Source: Patescibacteria group bacterium (lineage in GTDB: Bacteria; Patescibacteriota; Microgenomatia; UBA1400; PJMF01). From it: DNA of 64,000 bases. Shown here piece by piece: positions 28,299 through 36,019 of this stretch. The notes under the pieces were generated by a model that ran no database searches, was not told the origin of the DNA, and was given only the letters and a program-made list of their open reading frames with translations. A program made the position numbers and the translations under genes. The stretch spans positions 338,785 to 402,784 of the forward strand of contig JBDTME010000001.1 in the NCBI GenBank assembly GCA_039934415.1. The letters run 5' to 3'. Numbering within the stretch: the first letter of the stretch is position 1; the number at the start of each line of letters is the position of its first letter.

Positions 28299-29240
28299 TC
28301 AAATCGATAAACTTCTCTTTAAAAGATTAGAGAAATTATCGAACGAAATTCTTTGAACAACGTCTTTGTCTAGTTTCTTCAAAAGATAATTCTGAAAATC
28401 TTTTATAACAGTCATATTCTGAGCGTTGTTTACAAATGGATACTCAGGTAAAGGGAAGATATCGGAGCAAAGAGCAACCCTATCATCTCCCCATTTAGAC
28501 GCAATATAGTCTAGATGTTTATACCAGTCATCAAAAGTACCGTTACCACCAACTTCATCTTTAGTTGGCAGCAAACAAACTAAACCATCGTGATCCACAA
28601 TCATTTGAATCTGATCGTCAGAAAGATTATGGGGTAAATCAACAATTGCTTTGGCATTTGCATGAGTATTAACAATAATTCCATCAAAACTTTTATCCAA
28701 ATCAACAAACGAACGATCACTTAAATGAGCAGTATCAACTATCAGGCGATGGTTGCTCATCTTTTTTAGTAAAGCTTTCCCTCTATTAGTAATTCCAAAA
28801 TCATTTTTCGATCCGTTTCCTGTTGCATAGTCGTTTGCAAATTCCCAGGTCAACCCAAAGGAACGAACGCCGATATCGTAAAAAGTTTCAAAATCATTTT
28901 CATCTCGAAGACACTCCAGACCTTCAATTGAATAAAAGAACCCGACTTTATCAGAAGGAAGATCTTCTACTTCAGTCCTACTCTTAATCTGTATTAATTC
29001 ATTAGTTTTAGACAAGAGTTCTTTATAAAATTCGAAGTAATTCATAACACCATCAAACATATTTGTTTGAATCAGGTTCGGATCCATAAAAAGTGTAAAA
29101 CCAACAATCCTTATTTCAGTCTCCTTCAGCATTGAAAGAGTCACTGGAATATCTTTTCGTTGGCTAAAAAAATCGTCTATGGGAATTTTAAATTCGTCAT
29201 ATATGGAGGCTATGTCAATGTGTGGATCAATAAGTTCCAT
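28299..29240 (-). CDS. membrane dipeptidase (peptidase M19 / renal dipeptidase)-like metallohydrolase
   Basis: Matches M19 landmarks: 'DPHIDI' (H.D metal site), 'SIEGLE' (bridging Glu), 'GVRSFGLTWEF', 'IVDTAHLSDRSF', 'IVNTHANAKAI', 'VALCSDIF'. Confidence 0.6.
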   Translation of the reverse strand: MELIDPHIDIASIYDEFKIPIDDFFSQRKDIPVTLSMLKETEIRIVGFTLFMDPNLIQTNMFDGVMNYFEFYKELLSKTNELIQIKSRTEVEDLPSDKVGFFYSIEGLECLRDENDFETFYDIGVRSFGLTWEFANDYATGNGSKNDFGITNRGKALLKKMSNHRLIVDTAHLSDRSFVDLDKSFDGIIVNTHANAKAIVDLPHNLSDDQIQMIVDHDGLVCLLPTKDEVGGNGTFDDWYKHLDYIASKWGDDRVALCSDIFPLPEYPFVNNAQNMTVIKDFQNYLLKKLDKDVVQRISFDNFSNLLKRSLSI

Positions 29241-29295
29241 ATTTTTAGTTACTAATTGTAAGTTATTAGCAACTTTATAGTTATTTCCATCACCT

Positions 29296-29400
29296 TCTGA
29301 GCTGGTAACCGTAATTGGCTCGGACCTACAAGACTTGGTTACTCCAGGTTTAATTTTACAACTTTAGGCTCTTAAAAACCATCTCAAGAGTGTTGATTTC
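29296..29400 (+). repeat. island repeat copy R1 (degenerate; frame interrupted by TAG)
   Basis: 'GAGCTGGTAACCGTAATTGGCTCGGACCTACAAGACTTGGTTACTCCAGGTTTAATTTTACAACTTTAG...' aligns with R2-R4. Lies 59 nt from the start of the M19-like gene. Confidence 0.7.
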
Positions 29401-29456
29401 TGTTTGTTTCAGGAGGTTTTTGGCAAAAAAAGGTAACAAATGTTATACTTCCGATA

Positions 29457-30014
29457 ATGAAAGAAAATCCATTTCTAAAAGGGTCTGTAGCCAAGGATCA
29501 AGATGGTGTTGAGGTCAACGCAGAGCTAGAAGCTGTTGTAAAAAGAATTGCATCTTTACTTCCTCACGATGTTCTCTTTGAACTGTTTTCAAGTAGCCCA
29601 AATGAAACAGGTGGTAGATCAGAATTCCCATATTGTCGTGTCGACTCGCAATTGATTGTTAGTAGAAATTGGGTTTATATATTTGAACAGTACGGAGCAA
29701 AAGATCAAGAAGATTTTAAGAGAATCTATGAAGCAGCTGCAACCTCAGCTTTCAAGGCGATTGTATGGGTAGAAGTTGGATTCCAAAATCTAGATAACTT
29801 AGCAGTAAGTCCTGCTTCTAGAAATTGGACAAGCGGAGTAGGACATTTTGTGAATGACCAACAAAGAGCGGAAGGAATAAGAACCGCAGGTAGAGGAATG
29901 TATAAACAAATGTTGAACAGGTTTGTCCAATTTAGAGACGCTAACCAAGTTGATAGTGATATTTTTAATAGGTACAACGTCGAAGGTTTGCTAGATAAAT
30001 TCAGGTCTGGCTAA
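29457..30014 (+). CDS. hypothetical protein
   Basis: 185 aa, soluble, no motif recognised. The only plus-strand ORF inside the island. Preceded by repeat copy R1 and followed by R2. Confidence 0.4.
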   Translation: MKENPFLKGSVAKDQDGVEVNAELEAVVKRIASLLPHDVLFELFSSSPNETGGRSEFPYCRVDSQLIVSRNWVYIFEQYGAKDQEDFKRIYEAAATSAFKAIVWVEVGFQNLDNLAVSPASRNWTSGVGHFVNDQQRAEGIRTAGRGMYKQMLNRFVQFRDANQVDSDIFNRYNVEGLLDKFRSG

Positions 30015-30157
30015 AAGGGATAGTATTTGTAAAATTATTCTACCGATCGTCTCCTAATCTTCCAGGCCAGGCTAACACTAAAAAACGAAAAACCTGGTTA
30101 GAACCCCGCTGAAAGCGGATTTCAAGGCTAATTTTGATGAAGTTGCAAAACCATTAC

Positions 30158-30277
30158 CGTATGGAGCTGGTGACCGTACTTCGCTCGGACCTGCGAGATC
30201 TTATAACTACAGATTTAATTCTTCAACTTAACACGCTAAAGAGACATATAAGTATCAAAAGTTTTACTCATTGTTGA
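30158..30277 (+). repeat. island repeat copy R2; contains the 38-aa ORF 30161..30277 (MELVTVLRSDLRDLITTDLILQLNTLKRHISIKSFTHC)
   Basis: About 80-85% identical to R3 and R4. ATG at 30161, TGA at 30275-30277. Overlaps the 3' end of the minus gene 30264..30968. Confidence 0.75.
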
Positions 30278-30968
30278 GCCTAAACGAAGAAATAATCTCT
30301 TGTATATCTGCATAATAAGGCTTGGTAGTCTCTAAAGGTGTCCCACCTACTGAGATAAAATATCCTTTTCTCTCGAAAACAAAAACAGAGTTTGATGATG
30401 ATATCAATTCATAACCTTGAATATTATTAATAGTTTTAGGCATAGCTTTATACCCGTGCTGATCAACAGAATATTTTATATATTCTTGAAAACTCGAATA
30501 ATTAGGATTTGGCTTGCTTACCCCAATCGTAAAATAAGCTCCACTAAGTAATTCACCATGGTCTAAAGATGTACTGAGGGCTGTTATATCGCAAATATTT
30601 CTATCTAACCAATTATTGTCTTGTGGTTTGGTGCAGTTTAATTTCCAATCTTTTGGATATTGAAAACTAAATTGATATTCTTCATCTGAATACGTGAGTA
30701 CATTAAGGTTAGAATTCGTTGTAGGTGTTGGAGATGTTTGAGTAGCAACTGACTCAATGGGTTTTTCATCTTTTAGGTAGGTGTTGTTAGAATTCAGTGA
30801 TTGTGTACCCAGATAGTATCCTCCTAAGCCAAAAATAATTGCACAAACTAAAACAGTTAACAAAACTGGTACTATCAATCTTGATTTTGTTTGCGAAGAA
30901 GCAGGCGATTGAATAGTTGGAGTTGGATTTATAGAGACATCTGGGTTAGTTATTTGGGGATTTTCCAT
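30264..30968 (-). CDS. membrane-anchored hypothetical protein with extracytoplasmic domain
   Basis: P/S/T-rich N-terminus, single TM 'LIVPVLLTVLVCAIIFGLGGYYL', about 170-aa C-terminal domain with 2-3 Cys. Confidence 0.45.
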   Translation of the reverse strand: MENPQITNPDVSINPTPTIQSPASSQTKSRLIVPVLLTVLVCAIIFGLGGYYLGTQSLNSNNTYLKDEKPIESVATQTSPTPTTNSNLNVLTYSDEEYQFSFQYPKDWKLNCTKPQDNNWLDRNICDITALSTSLDHGELLSGAYFTIGVSKPNPNYSSFQEYIKYSVDQHGYKAMPKTINNIQGYELISSSNSVFVFERKGYFISVGGTPLETTKPYYADIQEIISSFRLNNE

Positions 30969-31034
30969 AGTAAATAAATACTAACACTTTTTGATGACAT
31001 TGTTTTATGTAACTTTCTGTACATTTCTGTCACT

Positions 31035-31154
31035 TTGGAGCTGGTAACCGTACTTCGCTCGAACCTACGAGACTTAGTTACTCCAGATTTAATTTTACAA
31101 CTTAATGCTCTAAAGAGCCATATAAGTGTTGAGAGTTTTAGAAAAAATTGCTGA
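31035..31154 (+). repeat. island repeat copy R3; contains the 39-codon ORF (TTG)LELVTVLRSNLRDLVTPDLILQLNALKSHISVESFRKNC
   Basis: Core 'GGAGCTGGTAACCGTACTTCGCTCGAACCTACGAGACTTAGTTACTCCAGATTTAATTTTACAACTTAATGCTCTAAAGAGCCATATAAGTGTTGAGAGTTTT'. TGA at 31152-31154, 4 nt from the kinase gene stop. Confidence 0.75.
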
Positions 31155-31157
31155 TAT

Positions 31158-32132
31158 TTACATCTCCAAAGCTTTAGTAATAAGCTCCATACCTTCTTCA
31201 ATTTCTTTTTCATCAAATGGAAATTCTTGCGTTTCTGTGGCCCATAGCTCCCAAAGACCTTGAGATAGCGCATATCTTTGTAATCTAGTCTTTTCATCTG
31301 CGGACATAACTTCTTGTCCATAGCCTGCTAAAAAAGCATCTTGATCAAATTCATCACCAAGTTGGAAATTGATAGGAAATTTTTGGAAATCATAGTAAGG
31401 GTCTCCAAGTGTGGACATTTCAAAATCAAATACTCCCACGATTTCGCCATTTCTCACTTGAAAATTATTACAGCTAAAATCTCCATGAATTAAAGCGACT
31501 TTTTTTGAAAGATTGCCTAAAGATGCATATTCTTTCAATACAACTTCAATACCATAAACAATCTTTTCTGAAAGTAACCGCTTTTTCTTCACCAGGTCTA
31601 GGTATTCAGCAAACTCTGATTTTATCGTTTTATTCCAATCTTCCATATTTCCAAATAATTCACTCCTTAATGATATTTTGCTAATATCAGTGGAGTGAAT
31701 TTTCTTTGCAATCTCACCTAACTGAAATGCCAACTTGTATTGAACTTCTTTACTTCCTTTTTTAAAGGCTTCAGTAAGTGTCTCCCCTTCGATATAGCTA
31801 ATAAGAAGATAGTCTTCTTTTATTATTTCTCCACTAAAATCATGAGCAATGCATTTTGGAGTTGGAATATGAGATTCAGAAAGTAACGAATATAACAGCG
31901 CCTCTTTTTTAAATTTTTGTTTATTTTCTTTTGTCTGCTTTGTATTTACTCGAAGGATATATTGTTTGTTTACAATAAAAACTGGATTAATTAAGCCCGT
32001 TTTTATTTCGTCAAACGTGAAGAGTTGACCCAGTTTATATTTCTGAAGAATTTTGCTAATGGTTTCTTCCGAAATGACGAAGGTATCTTTCATGTATGTA
32101 ACATTATGTACGTTCCTGTTTACTTCTATCAT
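31158..32132 (-). CDS. phosphotransferase enzyme family protein (APH / choline-kinase-like small-molecule kinase)
   Basis: Brenner motif 'LIHGDFSCNNFQV' (HGD....N) and metal-binding 'VGVFDFEMSTLGDPYYDF' (DFE...D). Confidence 0.7.
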   Translation of the reverse strand: MIEVNRNVHNVTYMKDTFVISEETISKILQKYKLGQLFTFDEIKTGLINPVFIVNKQYILRVNTKQTKENKQKFKKEALLYSLLSESHIPTPKCIAHDFSGEIIKEDYLLISYIEGETLTEAFKKGSKEVQYKLAFQLGEIAKKIHSTDISKISLRSELFGNMEDWNKTIKSEFAEYLDLVKKKRLLSEKIVYGIEVVLKEYASLGNLSKKVALIHGDFSCNNFQVRNGEIVGVFDFEMSTLGDPYYDFQKFPINFQLGDEFDQDAFLAGYGQEVMSADEKTRLQRYALSQGLWELWATETQEFPFDEKEIEEGMELITKALEM

Positions 32133-32133
32133 T

Positions 32134-32277
32134 TTGGGAGCTGATAACCGTACTTGGCTCGAACCTACGAGACTTGATTACTCCAGGTTTAATTCTACAA
32201 CTTAACGCTCTAAAGAGCCATATAAGTATCGAGAGTTTTGCAGATATGAGCTGGGTTGATGATAGAAGTGCCGCTTA
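32134..32277 (+). repeat. island repeat copy R4 (same frame open through to TAG 32275-32277)
   Basis: Starts 2-6 nt from the kinase gene start codon at 32132. Overlaps the 3' end of the minus gene 32202..32843. Confidence 0.75.
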
Positions 32278-32843
32278 GAAGTTTTTTCTGTAGAAGAGAA
32301 GTTTATGAAAGAGCTAAGTAAAAGTAGGGCTCCAAGGGTTAACATAATAAGAGCTCCTAAAAAGTATTTATCTAGACCAAAGGCTTTAGGGGAATTAATA
32401 CTGAAATTTAATACTTTCTTGTCATCTTCATTTAACCTTTTGAATAATTCTTTCTTTGTAATCTGTAAAGTTAGAAACTCTTTGTATAAAGACAACCTAG
32501 GACTAAGTAGAGAATGCCACTTTTCGCCCATTTCTTGATAAGAATTTCCCTTGGACTTATTATAAAAAAATAAAATGGACATACCAAAAACGATCAAAGT
32601 TAAAAGCATTAATTCACCAAGAAAGAATAGAGGGCGATTTACAACATTTCCTAAAGCAGAAAATCCAAACCCAGCAATAACGCCCACGCTAGTCAAAAAA
32701 GTATAGAACAGCCCTACAGATTGTTCGTCTAGCTTACTCAATTTTTCTTCATAGGAACCCATCAGATCTATATATGTCTTATGAAACTGATTAGACTCAG
32801 CTTGAATCTCTTTAAATTCTTTTTCTGTGAAGTCCAAAGTCAT
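32202..32843 (-). CDS. membrane protein, unknown function
   Basis: 213 aa, three hydrophobic helices. Last about 13 codons overlap repeat copy R4. Confidence 0.4.
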   Translation of the reverse strand: MTLDFTEKEFKEIQAESNQFHKTYIDLMGSYEEKLSKLDEQSVGLFYTFLTSVGVIAGFGFSALGNVVNRPLFFLGELMLLTLIVFGMSILFFYNKSKGNSYQEMGEKWHSLLSPRLSLYKEFLTLQITKKELFKRLNEDDKKVLNFSINSPKAFGLDKYFLGALIMLTLGALLLLSSFINFSSTEKTSKRHFYHQPSSYLQNSRYLYGSLER

Positions 32844-32864
32844 GGGGCAATTATAACATCTGGG

Positions 32865-33071
32865 CTAAAGTTCTTTAGACAAACCGTTTTTGCTTTCTAC
32901 AGTTAGTTTCTTTTTTTGAACGGCCTTTTTTATCACATACTCAAACAACGAAAGCAAAGCGAATCCTTGTTCAAAAGCTTGTTCGTCTGTCAACCTTATT
33001 CCGTATTCTTCAAAAGCAATCTTTTTAAACTCTTCTAGTTCATCCTTGGTAAATGTAACTTCTTCTTCCAT
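32865..33071 (-). CDS. small acidic hypothetical protein
   Basis: 68 aa, E/K-rich. 21 nt upstream of the 32202..32843 gene, so probably co-transcribed. Confidence 0.35.
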   Translation of the reverse strand: MEEEVTFTKDELEEFKKIAFEEYGIRLTDEQAFEQGFALLSLFEYVIKKAVQKKKLTVESKNGLSKEL

Positions 33072-33170
33072 AGGTTCTATTCTCCTTAAGGGTATTTAGT
33101 ATTCCAGGCTAAAGGAAAATACTTCTATTTAAGGAATAGAACTTGAGAAAATGCTGTCTTCTTGAGAAGT

Positions 33171-33350
33171 TTGGAATCACGACAAAATAAGTCCGGTTAT
33201 GAGCGGGTAACGGGAATTGGACCTTTTCTTTTTTTTCTGTATGAATTGCTTACTCCTCATTTAATTTTACAATTGTATATGTTGAGGGATCATTTGAGTA
33301 TTCGTAGTTTTAGAGATGAATGTTAAGTTTTTTGAATGATAACGATCTAT
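33171..33350 (+). repeat. island repeat copy R5 (diverged, in-frame indels; frame open to TAA 33345-33347)
   Basis: 'GAGCGGGTAACGGGAATTGG...TTACTCCTCATTTAATTTTACAATTGTATATGTTGAGGGATCATTTGAGTATTCGTAGTTTTAGAGATGAATGTTAA'. Encodes '..LTPHLILQLYMLRDHLSIRSFRDEC'. Confidence 0.6.
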
Positions 33351-33409
33351 AATCACTTTATCTGAAAAAACTCAAGAAATATCTTACTATCTTTTGGCAT
33401 TTTCGCGTC

Positions 33410-34159
33410 ATGAATTTGATGGTGATGTTGGAGTATCGCGCTGATTTTTTGTTTTGGGGTTTTGTGTCGGTGATGTGGACTGCATTTAATTTTTTCTTTA
33501 CCGGCATTATCGTTGGCAGCTCCGGTTTTCTTGCAGGATGGAATACAGATGAAGTATTCGTATTACTATCTATTTTTACTATCTACGATGCATTTACCTG
33601 GTCATTCTTTTACTTCAATATGCAACGGTACATGAATAAAGTGTTTACCGGTGAGCTCGATATGTTCCTGGTCAAGCCAGTTGATCCTCAGTTCATGTTG
33701 TCAGTGGAACACAACAGCTATAACAATTTATTCCGCCTATTCATTGGGATCGGCATGCTGATCATTTCGCTGATTCATTTAAACAAACCCATTACCCTCT
33801 TTTCATTCCTGATCTTCGTCATCATGTTCGTACTCGGATTTATACTCACCTACTCAGTTTGGTTCATGTTCGCCACGATCTCTTTCTGGGTTGATCGCCT
33901 CGATAATTTAAACGACGTCATGCCATCTCTCCGCCGCTTGTCTCAACTCCCCCGCAGTGTCTACAGCGGTGTTTCCTCCTTTTTATTCTGCATGGTCCTA
34001 CCGGTTGTTCTCGTCACGTCAATTCCTGCAGAAGCACTAGTCCACAAAATATCGCCACTCTGGAATTTATACTATACAGTCTTCACACTCGTCATTTTTT
34101 GGGTGAGTCGCCGATTCTTTTATTATTCTATAAAAAAATATAGTAGTGCCGGAAGTTAA
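33410..34159 (+). CDS. ABC-2 family transporter permease
   Basis: Six TM helices. Family with the C-terminal 'KKYSSAGS' motif. First gene of a four-gene transporter operon. Confidence 0.6.
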   Translation: MNLMVMLEYRADFLFWGFVSVMWTAFNFFFTGIIVGSSGFLAGWNTDEVFVLLSIFTIYDAFTWSFFYFNMQRYMNKVFTGELDMFLVKPVDPQFMLSVEHNSYNNLFRLFIGIGMLIISLIHLNKPITLFSFLIFVIMFVLGFILTYSVWFMFATISFWVDRLDNLNDVMPSLRRLSQLPRSVYSGVSSFLFCMVLPVVLVTSIPAEALVHKISPLWNLYYTVFTLVIFWVSRRFFYYSIKKYSSAGS

Positions 34160-34215
34160 AACTTCTCGTCATGTTACAGTGCAATCTCCAAGTGCTTAAG
34201 GTATAATTTGATTCC

Positions 34216-35202
34216 ATGTCACTCATTTCCGTCAAAAATTTAAAAAAGTATTACAAAGTCTATAAAAAAGAGCCTGGTTTGTGGGGTTCGATCAAGTCAT
34301 TATGGCATCGAGAGTATGAAGAGGTTAAAGCCGTAGATGACGTTAGTTTCGAGATTGAACAAGGCGAAATAGTTGGTTTCATCGGTCAAAATGGGGCAGG
34401 CAAAACGACAACATTGAAAGTATTGTCTGGTCTGCTCTTTCCAACAGGAGGTAGTGTCTCAGTACTCGGTTTCAATCCCTGGGAGCGAAAACCTGAGTTT
34501 CAAAAGCAATTTGCATTAGTAATGGGACAGAAAAACCAGCTGTGGTGGGATTTACCTGCCATGGAGAGTTTCCTTCTTAACAAAGCAATTTATGAAGTGC
34601 CAGATGCTCAGTTCAAAAAAACGTTAGACAAGTTAGTGACCTTACTTGATGTCAAAGATGTTCTGAATATTCAAGTCCGCAAGCTGTCCCTCGGTCAACG
34701 CATGAAGTGCGAACTCATTGCTGCCTTGCTGCACAGTCCAAAAGTGTTATTTCTCGACGAGCCAACGATCGGGCTCGACGTCGTCATGCAGAAAGTACTG
34801 CGCGATTTTATTCGTGACTATAACAAAGAGTTCGGCGCTACCATTATCCTAACCAGTCACTACATGGATGACGTCAAAGAACTCTGTAAACGCGCCATCA
34901 TCATCGATCACGGTCACAAAATCTTCGATGGAAAACTGCAAGACATCATCGATACCTATGCTCGCAACAAAATCATCTCTGTTGTCTTGAGTGAAAAAGT
35001 CAGTCGGGAAAAACTGGAAAAATTTGGCGAACTCAAATCATACGAAGATCCTCAAGCAACCTTACTCGTTCCTCGTAAAAAAGCCGCCGAAGTTGCTGGC
35101 CGGATGATCGCAGAACTACCTGTAGAAGACGTCAATATTGAAGAACCACCGATTGAAGCGATTATCAGAGAAGTTTTTCAAACTGGTAAAACAACTGGCT
35201 AG
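34216..35202 (+). CDS. ABC transporter ATP-binding protein with C-terminal accessory domain
   Basis: Walker A 'GQNGAGKTTT', signature 'LSLGQRMKCELIAALL', Walker B 'LFLDEPTIGLD', H-loop 'LTSHYMDD', plus about 90 extra C-terminal residues. Confidence 0.85.
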   Translation: MSLISVKNLKKYYKVYKKEPGLWGSIKSLWHREYEEVKAVDDVSFEIEQGEIVGFIGQNGAGKTTTLKVLSGLLFPTGGSVSVLGFNPWERKPEFQKQFALVMGQKNQLWWDLPAMESFLLNKAIYEVPDAQFKKTLDKLVTLLDVKDVLNIQVRKLSLGQRMKCELIAALLHSPKVLFLDEPTIGLDVVMQKVLRDFIRDYNKEFGATIILTSHYMDDVKELCKRAIIIDHGHKIFDGKLQDIIDTYARNKIISVVLSEKVSREKLEKFGELKSYEDPQATLLVPRKKAAEVAGRMIAELPVEDVNIEEPPIEAIIREVFQTGKTTG

Positions 35203-35220
35203 TTCACAAACCAAACGTTC

Positions 35221-36012
35221 ATGCAAAAATATTGGCAACTTTTCCTACTTTCTTGGCAAAACGGCTTGGTTTATCGGACCAGTTTACTCATGTGGCGATT
35301 ACGGCAATTTCTGTCTACGGTGATGGCCCTCACAGTCTGGAGCGTGCTATTCAATTCTTCCTCATCTTTATTTGGCTACGATCGAACACAAATGACTACC
35401 TATATTTTTCTGGTGGGCATCTTACAGAGTCTCATTCTAGCCACTGGTTTAAATGGATTATCCAATCAAGTTTACTCCGGCAGCTTTAGTTTTGACTTAC
35501 TCAAACCGATTAATATTTATGTCTATTTATTCGTCCAGGACATGGCCGATAAAGCAAAAAACGTTTTTTTTGTTGTGATCGAGAGTATTATTTTATTCTT
35601 ACTATTTAAACCAAGTATCTTTTTCCCATCAATCGAAACAGCCATCATTTTCTGCATCTGGGTGCTGGGAGCTGTACTCTTGCTGTTTTTTATCCAACTC
35701 ATTTTTGGTTCATTCGGTTTCTACAGCCCAGAGACTTGGGGTCCCCGTTTTCTCTTTTTCATGTTCGTTGATTTTACCGCCGGAAAATTGTTTCCATTAG
35801 ATATTTTGCCACCCATAATTAGAACTTTCGTCGGCTTTACTCCTTTTCCTTACTTTTCATTTTGGCAGATTCAACTTTTCTTGGGCAAACTGTCACCAAT
35901 GGAAATTGGCCAACATACTGTTGTACTAAGTATCTGGATCGCAATAGCAGGTTATGTCAGCTTTTCACTTTGGCAAAAAGGTATTAAAGATTACAGTGCG
36001 GCTGGTCAATAA
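35221..36012 (+). CDS. ABC-2 family transporter permease
   Basis: Six TM helices; C-terminal 'KDYSAAGQ'. Confidence 0.6.
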   Translation: MQKYWQLFLLSWQNGLVYRTSLLMWRLRQFLSTVMALTVWSVLFNSSSSLFGYDRTQMTTYIFLVGILQSLILATGLNGLSNQVYSGSFSFDLLKPINIYVYLFVQDMADKAKNVFFVVIESIILFLLFKPSIFFPSIETAIIFCIWVLGAVLLLFFIQLIFGSFGFYSPETWGPRFLFFMFVDFTAGKLFPLDILPPIIRTFVGFTPFPYFSFWQIQLFLGKLSPMEIGQHTVVLSIWIAIAGYVSFSLWQKGIKDYSAAGQ

Positions 36013-36019
36013 GAAATAT

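Noticed and set aside
30950-31321. 123-aa minus-strand ORF spanning repeat R3 and the 3' end of the kinase gene
   Set aside because: It overlaps the kinase gene in another frame and runs through the repeat. It is better explained by the kinase CDS plus the plus-strand mini-ORF.
29296-33350. The repeats as a CRISPR array or as tRNA-derived elements
   Set aside because: The units are about 105-120 bp, diverged by about 15-20%, and separated by 0.9-1.1 kb gene-sized stretches, so they are not 25-50 bp repeats with short spacers. GTTCGA-like stretches are present, but no cloverleaf can be drawn, and no cas genes are nearby.
29296-33350. The repeats as integron attC sites marking gene cassettes
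   Set aside because: The spacing and one-per-gene pattern are suggestive. But I could not find the R''/L''/L'/R' inverted-repeat architecture or a GTTRRRY core, and no intI is in the window. The codon-position bias fits a small coding sequence better. Not fully excluded.
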